NCBI RefSeq assembly: GCF_009914755.1
Contig: NC_060935.1
DNA length: 64,000 nucleotides
Source: the human T2T-CHM13v2.0 reference genome, Homo sapiens
Direction: 5' to 3' (one strand)
The position numbers were made by a program, and so were the translations under genes. The notes under the pieces are model-generated. The model was not told the origin of the DNA, did not search any database, and saw nothing but the letters and a program-made list of their open reading frames with translations. Shown one piece after another: positions 1-12,901 of this stretch; position 1 is the first letter of the stretch; the number at the start of each line of letters is the position of its first letter.

Positions 1-53
1 CCGCCTCAGCCTCCTGAGTAGCCAGGATTACAGGTGTGAGCCACCACACCCAG
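1..53 (-). mobile_element. Alu fragment, cut by window edge
   Basis: gcctcagcctcctgagtagccaggattacaggtgtgagccacc is reverse-complement Alu. Confidence 0.85.
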
Positions 54-55
54 TG

Positions 56-705
56 TAATTCATAAACTGAGGACAATCAGTTGCAGTGAGTGGCTGGGGT
101 CGCATATCAGGGGGTCCCTTGCTGGCCTCCTGCAGGCTCAATGGCAACACGCTGCTGCTCCCATCCTCTCACCTCCTCCACCCACAGATCCAAGTACTCA
201 ACACGCACTGTGGCTGTCACTTTTGCAATTTCAGATGTAACAGCGAAATTAAAGGGACTTTTTTTCCCTTTTTCACAATTTCATAAAGAAGAGATTTGTT
301 CTTACCTTAGATCTTAGCAACCTCACACACAATCTGTTTCTTTCTAGTCAGGAACTTTCACCTTTTCATCTTTAGGTCAAGGAAGTGCTTTCTGTCTTCT
401 CTTTGGCATATCTGAATTGCCAGCATCACGCTCTTGCGCTTTGGGCCGCCTCACGTCACATAAGAGCAACCTGAGCACGAGCACCCTGGCACTGCGGCAG
501 TGGATCCACACGGGGGCCGAGGCACAGCTGGGCCGAGGGAGGAGGAGGCACACCTGGAGCAGGACGGTGGAGACCGCATCACACTGCTCAGAACAGCATG
601 CAGTTGAAAACTTATTAACTGTTTATTTCGGGAATTTTCCATTAACTATTTTCAGACCATAGTTGACTGTGGGTAACGGAAACTGTAGATAAGGGGGGCT
701 TATTG
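56..705. mobile_element. MER44 (Tigger7-derived TcMar DNA transposon)
   Basis: Diagnostic blocks ctctttggcatatctgaattgccagcatca and aaaacttattaactgtttatttcgggaattttccatt; terminal repeat gataaggggggcttattg. Confidence 0.75.
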
Positions 706-1870
706 TTTTATTTCTTTTCCAATTTGGATGCCTTTTATTCTTTCTTCTTACCTTATGGCACTGCCTATCTTAGGCGAGTTCTGATATACTGCGCTTTCCA
801 AAGAGTTGGTCCATTTAACCCAAGCCATAGAATTCATGTGCACAGAGGGTTTTTTTCCAATACTTCCTTATTATCCTTTTAACATCCACTGGGTCTACAG
901 TGATACTCCTCTTTACATCCACAGGGTTTAGTGACACTCACTCCTTTTTATTGATCATTGCATCTTCTCTCTTATCTTTGTACCTACTAAAGGCTTACCA
1001 ATTTATTACCTTTCCAAGTCATCACATTTTGATTTCACTCATTTCCCCTATTGTTTTAAAAATCAATCTCAGTGCTTTCTGTTCTTATTTACTTTCTTGT
1101 CCTTGATTTTGACTTATTTTGCTCTTTTTCTAGTTTAAGTTGGAAACGTAGATTACTGAAAGTCATCTTCTTTTTCTAAGAAAGCATTAATCCTATAAAT
1201 CCCCTCTAGGCACTGCTTGAGTTATGTCTCACAAATTCTGACATGCTGTATTTTCCTGTGTACAGTTTGTTAAAGTTTTTTTGTTGAGGCATCCTCTCGG
1301 ACCCATGGACTACTCAGAATTGTATTAGTCTGCAAGTGTTTGGAGACTTTCCTGTTCTCTGTTACTGATTTCTAATTTAACCCCACCATGGTCAGAAAAC
1401 TTACTTCGTATGGTTTTGATTTTTTAAAATTTGTTAAGGGCTCTTTTGTGACAGGTATGCTCCATCTTGGTGGCTAATCTTTGTGAAGTTGAAAAGATGG
1501 GTGTTCTGCTGTTGAGGCTGCAGTGCATGTGTCATTTCAATCCAACCCACGGGTGGGGTCATCGGGCTCCGTGCTCTCGCTGACTGTCTATGAGGCTCCA
1601 TCACTGAGGGGAGGGCTGCAATCCCCGGCGATCATGTGATTTCTACACAGGCCGTCCGTTTGCTTTGTGTGGAAAGCCCTGTTGTCTGGCGCACACACAT
1701 TTATGGCAGGATTTCTTCAAGAGCTGCTCCTTTTCTAATTAGATAACCTTCTTATTCCTGGTCACTTCCTTCCTCGGAGTCTCCTTTGGCACTGACATAG
1801 CCACTTCCGCTTCCTTCTGATGGGTGTTTTCTCAGCACATCTTGTCCTCTTACTTCTCACCCGCCTGCAC
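706..1870 (-). mobile_element. Ancient L1M fragment (ORF2 region)
   Basis: T-rich degenerate sequence resembling antisense L1, e.g. tttccaatttggatgccttttattc. Confidence 0.7.
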
Positions 1871-1886
1871 CACAGCACCTAGAGTG

Positions 1887-2258
1887 GTGTGACACACAGG
1901 GTGCTTATGCCCCACATTCCTATGTTGAAAGCTTAACCCCAGACGCAAGGGTATCTGGAGATGGGGCCTTTGGGAGGCGATGAGGTTGCAAGGGTAGAAC
2001 GCTCATGAACAGAACTGGTGGCTCCGTCGCCCTGCCTTCCTTCCAGCAAGAAGGTGCTGTCTGTGGACCAGGAAAGGGACCCTCACCAGACACTGAATCT
2101 GGCTAATCAGATCCAGTGACGTGGTCAGTGCCCCCTTCCTGGTCCACAGTGGATCTTCACCTTGGACTTTCAGCTTCCAGAACCGCAAGAAATAAGATTC
2201 TGTTGTTCACAAGCCACCTAGCCTATCATGTTTCGTGACAGCATCCCGAATGAAATAC
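1887..2258 (+). mobile_element. MLT1A-like MaLR solo LTR
   Basis: tatgttgaaagcttaacccc...ggagatggggcctttgggagg...cttccagaaccgcaagaaataag...aagccacctagcct. Confidence 0.8.
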
Positions 2259-2259
2259 A

Positions 2260-3270
2260 ACAAATGAGCTTCTTGTAAACACCAGAGAGTTGGTTATTTT
2301 AAAAATACATTCTCATAAGCTGCCCAGTCCCGTCTGTTCATCTGTTAGCATTTAGGTTTTCCACTATTTGCTGTTTGTTGCCTCTGTTTCTCATTCCTTA
2401 TGGTATTTCTTCTTTCCTGCTTTCTCTTGGGCCACTGAAATGTTTTTGTATTTCATTTAAATTTACCTATTCTGATTCTGACTGCGTCTCTTCACATAAG
2501 CTCTGCAAGGCCTGCTCAAAGGGCTGTAACACGCAACTCAACCCCACATGCTCTCCATGGCACCCACACATGTGCTTCCACTGGAGCATAGCAGCTCTCT
2601 TGCCCACAGCCCCACCGCCGCCAGGCCCCACAGCCGCCACAGCCCCACCGCCACCACAGGCCCCACGGCCGCCCTGGAAATGGCACTGCACAGGCCCCAC
2701 GGCCGCCCTGGGAACGGCACTGCACAGGCACTGCCGGACACTACTCTTGTCTTCTTGCACCATCACTGGCGTCTCCACAAACACTCAGTGGGAGGAGGCC
2801 CTCCTGTTGGGAGAACTCTGCAGGGAGCCTCTGGAACAGGTCTGCTGGCTGTGAGGGCTCTTGGTTTTGAGTGACTTTGGACACTGACTGGATGTGGAAT
2901 TCTGGGATGACCTTTCTTTTCTCCCAGCACTGGAAGATGTGTGGGGCTTCCTTCTTCCTTCTGGCCTCCTGGGTTTCTAAAAGTGCCACGGTCATTCACT
3001 GCGGCATCTGTTGTCAGTACCAGGCCACCGCCGTCTGACTGCTGACAGAGGATGGCTGCCAAGGGCTTTTTCTTTGCCCCCAGTTCTCAGCATTTGGTTG
3101 CATGCATCTGCACGTGTCTGTGAGCCTTATTTGGGGTTTGCTTAGCTTCTTAAGTCTGCAGGTTTGTGTCTTTGTGGGAAGTTCTCAGCCATTATTGCTG
3201 CAATGTGTTTCCGGCCCCGCCCCCTTTCTCCTCTCCCTAGGAGTCAGACATCAGCCTTTTTGGGACTGTC
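2260..3270 (-). mobile_element. Ancient L1M fragment (ORF1 side), continuing after the MLT1
   Basis: Degenerate antisense-L1 motifs such as ctggatgtggaattctgg...tttctcccagcactggaagatgt. Confidence 0.55.
2604..2730. repeat. GC-rich imperfect tandem repeat
   Basis: Reiterated cacagccccaccgcc, then two copies of acaggccccacggccgccctggRaaYggcactgc. Confidence 0.8.
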
Positions 3271-4853
3271 CTACAGGCCCTAGCAGGGAGGAGACGCGCC
3301 TCAATCCCAGAGCCCTCACACGACCCAGGCAGACTTGCTGGTCTTTTGGGTGGCAAGTGGCCCTGAGGCCCTCTGAGAAGTCTCCATGTTTCTCTTAGTT
3401 TGAGTGGATTTCTGTCCCTTGGTTTGAAAGGATTCCTGGAAAGGCATTACATGCAATTAATTCACACACATCTACTACCACCATGATGCCAGCTCCAGAT
3501 GAGAAGGACCAAGAGGCAAATCTGGGTGGCCTAGGCCCTCCAAGGGGACATAGGTCTGCCCAACACCACATCCTACACTCCTCCAAGGACCCCTTTTCCA
3601 AACCAACCCAGTACCACAGAACATGCAGGAGCAGAGCCTCTGGGAAGGGTGCCAGGCCCCGTCTGCCCAGGAGCAGAGGCGCTGAGCCAGCACTTGGCCA
3701 CAGGTGGCTCCAGAGCCACAGTGGACACAAGGCTCTCGAGTAGCTCTCGGGTGCTGCCCTGCCACCTCAGGACCCATCTCCATGCCTGATCCATGGAGGC
3801 CACCGCCGTCTCACATTGAGCTTGCTCCCCTCAAAGCCATAAGCACTGTCCCCATCTTCCTGGGCCATGCCTGGCTGTGACACCTCATTTTCCTGGGGAA
3901 TTAAGACAGTGAAGCCAGCTGTTGTCTGTACCTGCCCCGGTGTCACCCATAACCAAACCAAGCTGTGACCCATCATGGCCATGAGGGCAGGGCCCAGCAG
4001 GACTGAAGCCAAGGGGACGCCTGCCAGCTGCCTGTGCAGAAGCTCCCCTTGGCTTCTTGAAGGCAGAACTCAGCTTTGTCTGGGGACCACGTCTCCCTGT
4101 GCCAGGGCCAGGAAAGCCATGTCTGTGGGCAGGATGACTTTCAGGACGCACTCACAGGCACACATTCTGTCCCTGACCTGTGTGCACTGACAACAACGGG
4201 ACATCAGGGAAAAGCTTCCGCCCTCCTCAGCCGCACATGTCCCAGGCTAAGCCCAGCAGACCCAGCCTCCTCCTGCCTGCAGCCTCCAAGGCTGCTTTCA
4301 GCAACCCAGGCCTGGCGGCGCTCCTTCCCATGCTACGCAAGTGAGGTGCTCAGGGCCACTAACGGACACCCATTTACTGAGGAAATCAGGGTGCAGTGCT
4401 TCCAGGAGAGAGCTACCAGCACCAGGCATGTTGGATGGTCACGGAGAAGGTAACTGAGCCCCCATGAAATGAATGGCCGAGCAAGGACCTGTGGCCTGCC
4501 CAGCCCAGCCCTCACTGTCCCATCCAGAGCTGTCACGGGAGCCAGCGGAGAAGGGCTCTCTGCAATCTTAGGGCATTCCTTCTGGAAACGTCTCTGTCCC
4601 TAGAAACATAGCCCATCAACCCCCACCAGCTCCTGCACCTTCTGGGCCCCACTGGGGACCTGGGTAGCTGGGCCACTGGCCCAGCCTGTGGCCTTTCCAC
4701 AGGAAGGTGGATGTTGTGGAAGGCCTGTGCCAAGACTTCTCAGGGTCTCCAGGTGAGAACGGAATCTGAGAGGACAGGAGCCTGGGGCAGCGGGGGCTCA
4801 GAGCCCCACCGAGTCTCCCAAGAGAAAGTGGGCTGTAGCCAGGCAGCACTCAC

Positions 4854-4947
4854 GTGTTGCACACGGCCATCGTCTGACACGTCTCTCCTGTGCAGAACTC
4901 CGAGATGGTGCTATACTGCAGGTTGATGTGGTGGAAAAACGTCGTGG
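4854..4947 (-). CDS. MOB2: MOB kinase activator 2, exon 3 (94 nt; TTTFFHHINLQYSTISEFCTGETCQTMAVCNT)
   Basis: Peptide matches MOB2 as I recall it; acceptor ttctcttccag|CC, donor AC|gtgagt; phase matches exon 2. Confidence 0.97.
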
Positions 4948-5185
4948 CTGGAAGAGAAGAGAAGGAGCCAGATGTGAAAAACGCCAGAGCTGAGCCGCCC
5001 CGTCCACCCCTGCTTCCAGCAACAGGTGCAGGAGCTCGGCTGGGTGAGCTCTGCCCGTCCACGGGCCACATTCTCCCCTCGCGGCAGGGGGCTGCTGAGC
5101 ACCAGCCGTGGGGGTCCCCCTTGAGGAGGGGCTTCGAGGAGGAGCAGGGAGGAGGGAGGGGGCCCGCCCCCAGGCCCCCGCGCAC

Positions 5186-5346
5186 TGTTGCTGGCCAGCC
5201 ACTCGTTAAGGTCAATCTCGCGGGGCAGCACCACCAGCTCCTTGAACTGGAAGTCGGTGATCCTGGCCTTGGTGTGCTCAGGCTCCAGGTAGGCCTTCCT
5301 CTCCTCCGCAGCGGGCTTCTTGCCATTGGGCTTGGCTTTGGACTTC
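5186..5346 (-). CDS. MOB2: MOB kinase activator 2, exon 2 (161 nt; KSKAKPNGKKPAAEERKAYLEPEHTKARITDFQFKELVVLPREIDLNEWLASN)
   Basis: Contains the MOB-family LP..D.NEWLA motif; acceptor ctcttggcag|G, donor A|gtgcgc. Confidence 0.97.
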
Positions 5347-6150
5347 CTGCCAAGAGAGGAGACGCGGTGTGGTCACTACACGCCCATCAGACCCAGGGTC
5401 TGCCCGGGGGGTCAGTTGTGGCCAGCGCAGGTGTAGAGGGAGCTGCCCGAGCCCATCGGGGCGACACTGCCTCCCTGCCAGGCTCAAAGGACACCAACGG
5501 GACACCAACGGTGAGGCTGCTCCGCAGAGGGGCCAGTGGAGCTGCCTTGCGTGGCACCTCCTGGGAAGAAGGGCTGGCGCTCCCACTTGCCACACGGGCC
5601 CCTGCACGGAGGGCATCCTCACCCCTCACCACGTCCTCCAACCAGGGAGGGGCCCAGGGTTTAGGGCCCCCAGCGCCCACCTTCCAGTTTTCCAGTGCTC
5701 TTGGAAGGAAAGGAGAAGCAAACCCTCTCACTCCTGGCTTCTTTTGAGTTGGCCAGCCTGTCCCTGCCCCTGCCGCTGGTGGCCCCGGTGAAAACATACC
5801 ACAGGCCTTGTGCAGGGCACCTGCCTTCCTGGCCAGCCTGAGAGCACGGGGCCCCTGGCATCAGGCGGCAGCCTGGCCTGCAGCTCCAGTATCCCTGTTG
5901 TCCACCAGGCCTGGGGAGGCCACAGGGTGATGAGGATGGGGGCCAAAGGTCTTTGTGGCAACCTGACCCTGTCCTTATTTTTTTCCTTTCTTGTTTTGAA
6001 AAGTTGCTAATGGTTTATTTAAGAGAAAGAGAAAGGAAAAATGCTCCCTGAATGCCAGGGAAATGTTTCCCTTTCAGCTTCTCACAGCAGATCTTCGCCT
6101 TAAAAGGAGACCAGCGCAGGCCTCTGGGGGCAGTGCTGGGAGTAGCCAGA

Positions 6151-6230
6151 GCCAGGCAGGGAGCAGGGGCAGGAGCAGGGGCAGGGGCAGGGAGGGGCAG
6201 GGGCAGGGGCAGGGAGGGGCAGGGGCAGGG
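6151..6230. repeat. (GGGGCA)n-like simple repeat with G-quadruplex potential
   Basis: About 13 imperfect ggggca/ggagca units. Confidence 0.85.
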
Positions 6231-9200
6231 CCCCTGGGCCCTGGCACTCCCACTCTGCCATCTCTCCAGAGCACAGGGCGTGGGGTCTGAGGAAGAGGAA
6301 GCACAGGTGTGGATGGGCCACATGCAGCGTGGGCACTTGGGGTCCTCACAGTACAGGGGTGGGACAGACAGGGTGAGCTTCCGTGTAGCCTGCAGCCCCT
6401 CGCCCCAGCACAGCGAGGCACCCAGACTCCACACCAGCCTGTGCCAGGCCATGCCCAGCGTGTCCACCACAGGGAAGGCTCTCCCCATGACGCTGGGCCT
6501 GGCCCTGACCACCGGCAGGTGGGCCTGCACCTCCCTGCCCTGTGCTCTCACAGCACAGCACACCACACCCCACCCGGGCAGCTACAGCCTGGGCTCGGCC
6601 TTCCCATTTGGAGGGGTGGGTTGCAGTGGCCCAGGCTGCCAAGCGGGCTACAAGCCGTCTCCCTGCTCTGTGTCTTAGGAGCTGTGTCAACTGGCAAGCT
6701 CCAGGTGGCAGTTACCTGGTGGTCGGTCACGCAGGGCTGCCAGCAGGAGCAGCTGTCAGCGCGCTCACTCTCAGGGTGTGCCCCAGGGCCCACTCAGGGA
6801 GGCTGCCCTACTGGCAGTTCCTGCCCCCTTGCCAGCCTTCCAGGCCGGGGCTACCTTCCACCTCCGGTCCTCAGAGAGGGCTGGGCAGGGGCAGAACCTG
6901 GAGACCTGGCTTCCCTCTCCCAGGCTCTGGCTGTGGTCAGGAGGTAGTGAGCAGCCGCCACTCCGGCACTGGCACCTCAGCCTCCCTGCCTCTTCCCGTC
7001 CACACCTGCTCTCCTAGAACACAGAAGAAAAGTACGCACGAGGCCCTCCAGGCTGGGCCTCCCCGAGCTGCTCCCCCAGTCTCACCCTGTCCCCAGCACC
7101 CAGGGCTGGCCGGGCCCCGGAGCTTAGTGCACTGTGAGACAAGCCTCCTGCAAGCCTACCTTCTTTGGACCGGGTCACTCATTCCCATGGGGCAGGTGGA
7201 CGGGCACTGGCCCAAAGGTAGTAGGACCAAGGGGACGCGCAGGACATGGCCTCTGCTCCAGGAACGGCTGTGCGGGCACCAACAGAGGGACTTCCATGGG
7301 AAAGCCCCGAACGCCTGGCAGCACCCACGTCTCCCTGACCTCAAGTGCCCTCCTTCCCAGAAGGGCAGGCTCTCAGCGAAGGCCCAGGCCTGGGCAGGAA
7401 GCAGTCACTCTGAGGCAGCCCATTGCTCGGTCCAAGCCAGCGGCAGCTACCGAGGAGGCCTCAGAGCACACGACACCTCCATGGCACTCTTCTCGTCCTT
7501 AGTCATTCTTGGCTTTGCCCAGTGGAGAAAACACCTCTGCGGCGCCCCCCGCAGGCTCACAGGCTCTGAAACAGGCTCTGTGCCGTCCAGGCCCAGAGGT
7601 CTGCCCAGTCACTGCCTCAGTGGCCCAGCTGCCCCTCACCCAGGGAAGTGCCGAGGCCCTGCGCCCTGCTCCCAGCTCCCCCTGTGCTGCTGGCTAGGAG
7701 CCCCGGGGCACAGAAAGACCAAGTCCTTCGATGTGGAGGGAGGACTGTGGGAGCAGGCCCCGGCCGCAGGCAGGACAGAGATGGCGCTGAAGGGACTGGG
7801 GAGTGGACCCTGGACCTCAGCCCACCCACAGGGCTTCCGTGACCACTTGGAAGAAGCAGAAGGGCAGATGCTGTGTGCACAGCCCCCAAAACAAAGTCCC
7901 TCACACTATTCCAACAGGTGGGCTCTGAGCCTGGGTCCTGCCTGGCAGGCACCATGCACTTAGGAGGGCCGGGCCAGATGGAACCACCTCCTTCCTGCCT
8001 CCCACACACTCACCAGCCTCACCTCCCTCCTCCCTGCTCTAGATGACCTGTCCTGCCTGCCACAGGGGTCTGCACCCTGTTTGTGGGCACCAGCTGCTGC
8101 TCTGCCAACTTGCCCATCTTACACCAGGCCTAGCAAACTTCTCCTGGTCCTTTAAGAGCCTGTCAAATGCCACCCTCCCCATTCTCGCCAGTGGTACCCA
8201 TGACGTGCCAGTCGGCCTCCTTGGCACCCAGCATGTAACTGATCCCTACTGGGAAGTGAGGCAATCCCTGCTAGACACAAATTTGGTGGGCAAGGGAAGG
8301 GGCACAGGGAGGCATCAGAGCTGCTGGGCTCCCGTGGAAAACTTAGACAACCACACAGTCAACACACAGGGGGTCTCACCCTGCCCGCAGCAGGTGCACA
8401 CTGCTTCACAGGCAGGGGGAGCTGGGGAGTGGGCTGGGAGCCGCCCACTCCTCATCCGCCCTGAGGGACGAGGACAGCACAACCGAGTGCCCTGCACCTT
8501 TGCCACGAGTGTCAACTTCATTATCACAGGGATGGAATCCTGGCCAGGCCCCACGGCCCACAGGAATGGGGTGCTCCAGGCTCAGAGACCCCCACTCGCC
8601 CAGAGCACGCTTGCTATGGAAGTCGAGCCTGTAGACCCTGAGGTGAGTGGGCAGCAGCAGGAGGTGGCCCTCGTCTGGCACTTCCCACCACAGGTCAACG
8701 CCAAGGGGTGGGGCAGGCACGAGGGGCCCAGAAATACAAGTCCCCAAGCCCAGGCCTGGAAAATACGGTGACCAGGCAGCGTGTGGGGTGCAGGAGAAAG
8801 GCCCGCAGGTGACGCCTCTGAGGAGGGCATGGTCCTTGGACCCCACTCAGCCATCTGCACCGGGCCCCTCATGCTCCTTGGTTCGGGTGAATGTCAGTGC
8901 TGGTTGGTCCACCCAGAGCCTGAAAGTCAAGGCTCCCAGTGACCCCTTCCCCCAAGACCCGGCCAGGCAGAGCCCCCAGTAGCCACCCGGTACAGAGCCT
9001 GGGTCTCAGCACACCTTGCTGCCCAGGGTGCACGCCACGGGCACCTCCTGTCACCCCAACATGCAGGGAGGGCACCACATGCTGGGGTGCTTGGCGCCAC
9101 CCCCACCCCTACATTTCTGATGTGGCCTTCTGGGTGTTGAGGGGGGGCCTGAAAACTGCATTTCTAACACCGTGTTCTAACCCGAGTTCTCCCTGGGTGC

Positions 9201-10895
9201 TGATCCCACTTCTGTCACACGGCCTCAGGCTGAGGGGTGGGAAGGCCTCCGGAGCCCCTGTCCATCTCTCAGCACAGCCTGCACTGCCCACAGGCTTCAG
9301 CCAGCTGGAAGCTGTGGAGTGTGGCTTCTTTTCTTCTGAGTTTAATTGTCTGCCCCCCCAAACAGGTCAGCAGCCCCAGACAAAGCGAGCTTTTACCAGC
9401 CTACTGTGCCCTCTGCAGAGGCCCATTGAGAAGGAAAAAGCCAAGATGGCACAAGGAACGCCCGCAGACATCCCAGACCAAACGTCCAAACAGGCAGGTG
9501 CTGCTGCTGTCCTAGAACCTCAGCCCCACGTGGCCACCATGCTCCACTGCGCCTCGGCCCCTCCATGCATCCAGCTCCCAGCCAAGGTGGCTTCCTCATC
9601 GCTTCCTTTGAAACCTTCCTGAGCCCCAGGGAAGGGACTCCGCCCGTCTTCCTTAGGGCCTGGCTGGGCTCCAGGCCTGCCTCTGTGTCTCCTGTGGAGC
9701 TGCCTTCGGCATTTGGCCTCAGACACACAAGCACACACTGGCACAGGCACACACACACACACGCCAGTCCCCTCACACCACTGATGTCAGGCACCATTCC
9801 TGATTTGAACTCACGAGTACTGCCAACTTGCCCACACATTTCCAAAACCTCACAGTTTCACCTTAAGATAGGACATCCTAGGCAGGGTCACCGGCCGGCA
9901 CTCTTGTGTCTACTTGTGGAGCCCTCCCTGTTGAATGCACAGGTGATCGGGAGATAGGGAAGGAGCCTATGAAGAGAAAGATGGAGCCGGGTGCCCAGGG
10001 ACAGGCAGAGGCACGGAGATGCACACGGGTGCCGCAGCCCCCGGCCCTTGGAGGGCACGTCCAGCAGGCCACGCTCGCCTCACACCCCCACCAGGCAACC
10101 CCACCCGGGAGGACACACTCACTGCTGCAGCTGGCTGTGCCTGCCCCACTCCCCCGGCCCCTCATGCCCACACACGGGTGCACACTCCCACACACACGGG
10201 TGCACGCTCCCACACACTTGGGCGCACACTCCCACACACGCCCCTGCACACACCGAGCTGAGTGGTGTGGGCAGGGAGGCACCCCCGCAGCAGGTCAGAG
10301 AAAGTACAGGTGAGAAAAATGTCAAAAATGGATTTTCCGGCAACATCCCTATGGCAGCCAGCACAAAAATAGGCACCCGGGAACCCCATGCCACTTCTCT
10401 GGACAAGGCCACACAAGGACAGACTCCGGGTCACCTCTGCCTGGGTGGCTGAAGCCCCTGCCCAGGGCACAAACAGCCGCACGCTGGGACAAAGACAGGC
10501 ACACCTGCTGGCGGCTGAGGAACCACACCCTGTGGGTTGCGGGAGGACAAGGCAGGCTCCTGTGCCGGCAAGGTGGGGTCAACCCCGAAGGTCGAGGACA
10601 CCAAGACCCGCTCCTCTCCCACAGAGCAACAGGAAGTGCAGGCGGCTAAGGAAAGCCCCACTGGGCAGGGCTCCAGAGCAAACCCGCCAGGCTGGCCCGG
10701 GACTGCACAGCCGCCTCTGCCCTGGACAGCCTGCGTGTGGCCCAGCACAGCTCGCTGCACAGCCGCCGGCCACACTGGGAGGGCAGCCACGGACACAGTC
10801 CGCCGCCTCCCCACCCTGACCTCCTTCCTGGGGGCAAGAACAGGGCAGACAGATGTGCTACACACCCCTCCCCCAGCCAGGCTGGCAGGTGTTAC

Positions 10896-11005
10896 CTGAG
10901 CACTTTGCTGACAGCCTGAAGCACCATTTTGCAGCAGAGTCCACTTTGCGGGGACTGGCCGGGCCGGGCTTGGTCTTCAGGGAGACTGCAGTGGTCTCCC
11001 AGCAT
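10896..11005 (-). CDS. MOB2: MOB2 alternative first coding exon (110 nt; MLGDHCSLPEDQARPGQSPQSGLCCKMVLQAVSKVL-R)
   Basis: ATG at 11005; donor CAG|gtaac is phase 2 and AG+G forms Arg in frame with exon 2; agrees with the longer MOB2 N-terminus as I recall it. Confidence 0.9.
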
Positions 11006-11214
11006 GAGTGGGCGACGGGAAGGTGGGGAGGAGAAGCGGGGCGGGGTGCCGGCTGGCCAGCACTCGCAAATGCCTGCTGCCGGGCCCTCCAGCCTCACTC
11101 CCTGGCCAATGGGACGCCTGGCAGAGACAAACAGCTGCCCCCTTTCCAGAGGCAAGGGCTGGCCAAGGCTGGTGAAACGAGGGAGCGTCTGAATTGGCCT
11201 TTTCCAAGTGGCAT

Positions 11215-11520
11215 GGCTGCCAGAAGAGGCGGTGGGGGTGGGACCAGAAGGGAGGGGACAGGGCCGTCCTTGGCCTGCAAGAAGGGTCCATCAGAAAGGT
11301 CCTGGGCTCCACCTCAGGCTGCCAGAAGAGGCGGTGGGGGTGGGACCAGAAGGGAGGGGACAGGGCCGTCCTTGGCCTGCAAGAAGGATCCATCAGAAAG
11401 GTCCTGGGCTCCACCTCAGGCTGCCAGAAGAGGCGGTGGGGGTGGGACCAGAAGGGAGGGGACAGGGCCGTCCTTGGCCTGCAAGAAGGATCCATCAGAA
11501 AGGTCCTGGGCTCCACCTCA
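11215..11520. repeat. Tandem repeat, 3 x 102 bp
   Basis: Units start at 11215, 11317, 11419; one visible substitution (gggtcc/ggatcc). Confidence 0.97.
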
Positions 11521-12901
11521 AGGTCCTCTGCTGCCAAGCCCCCAGGAAAGGCCTTCTGAACACAGGCAGCAGCTCTGCTGACGAGCTCCAGGTCGATGGC
11601 ACTCCCCTCTCCCTTGTCCGGCCCAGCCTAGCCCAGTCAGTGCTCGGGCCGGGGACGGACAGACGGACAGACAGATGGGCCGCCCTGCCCTGCAGTGTGT
11701 ACGCAGCTGGAGGCACTCAAAGTGGCTTTCCTGCTGGATGGCCCTGGAGAGAGAAGGGGCCGACCAGCTTCTGCGGTGCCTGGACGGTGCTGGGCTGAGG
11801 CTGCTGCCAGCCAGGACCACAGGGCACCCAGCCCAACAGAAATGCCCACAGCAGCTCCCCATGGGGGCGCACAGAGCGGCACGGCCCCGGCCTTCCTTCT
11901 GGCTGGTCTGCACACAGGAGACCACCACATCCTGAAAATGCAAACACCTGAGAGGGCAATGCTCTCTCCTCATCCTGAGTCAGCGTGGACCCCACTGGCA
12001 GTGACAGCCCCCTGACAACACGGGGTCATCAGGAGCATCCCCCACCCGCATGGGAGCCATACTTCCTGTGCTTCCTGCCAATCAAGAGACCCCAGCATCT
12101 CCAGCCACTGCCCCTCAGAAGCTGTCCCAGCACCTCTGTCGGTGTGAAGCCCTGTAGGAGTCAGGACACAGCCCGAGGTACCAGCTGCTGCGGGGAGCAC
12201 AGAGCCATCAGGAAAGCAGCCAGGGCAGGCTCACCCCCATCAATACCAGCCCCCATGGGAGTTGTGGTGTCTGGACTGCACGCACACACACAGCCTGGGC
12301 GCACGGGGAGACAGCACACCAACCCAGCACAGACACACTCTCCAGGAGCCACAGCAGAGGATGGCCCCAGGCCGGCCCCCGCCTCCCTAAGCAGCAGCAG
12401 CAGCAGGCCCAACAGGCTGCAGTTTCATTTTCCCCACTAGGCCAGTCCCTAAGCCACGCTCTGAGCAGTGCGTAACTGGTCTCTACAGAACAAACAGCCC
12501 GGTGAGGCTCAGGACGTCCATGCGCCCACAGGCCTTCCTCTGCCTTGGCAAGGCCATCCCACAGCCCTGTGGTGCCACACGCACCTAGGCACCGTGCTCA
12601 CGGCTGCCGGTCTGCCCTCGGGGGCTCCACCAACAGCAGAGACACAGGTGCTGGCAGGTCACCCAAGTGGCAAAGGGAGCCACAGGAAGAGCGGGCTCCA
12701 GGCCTGGGGAGGCCCCCGTGAGTAGCAGGGCTGGGACCAGGAGGTGCATGACGCAGACCTGCCCACTCTCGGGAGGCATGGCCTGGACAGAGAAGGCCGT
12801 GCAGAGGCCCATGACAGGGAGAATGAGCTGCTGGGGGTTGGAGGGCAGAGCATAAAGGAAGCTGGGGATGGTGGAGGCTTCGGGCACAAGAAGCCAGGCA
12901 A

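Noticed and set aside
1-4853. MOB2 exon 4 (QYYWYDERG...)
   Set aside because: Not found by eye or in the ORF track; this part is mostly repeats, so the exon should lie left of the window
5489-5510. 11-bp duplication ggacaccaacg near the exon-2 acceptor
   Set aside because: About 140 nt from the acceptor, outside the usual branch-point zone; likely a neutral small indel
4890-5747. 285-aa plus-strand ORF
   Set aside because: Antisense shadow of MOB2 exons 2-3 in GC-rich sequence
6542-7963. 473-aa plus-strand ORF
   Set aside because: No recognisable domain, Pro/Gly/Ala/Arg-rich composition expected of GC-rich DNA, non-ATG start, antisense within a MOB2 intron
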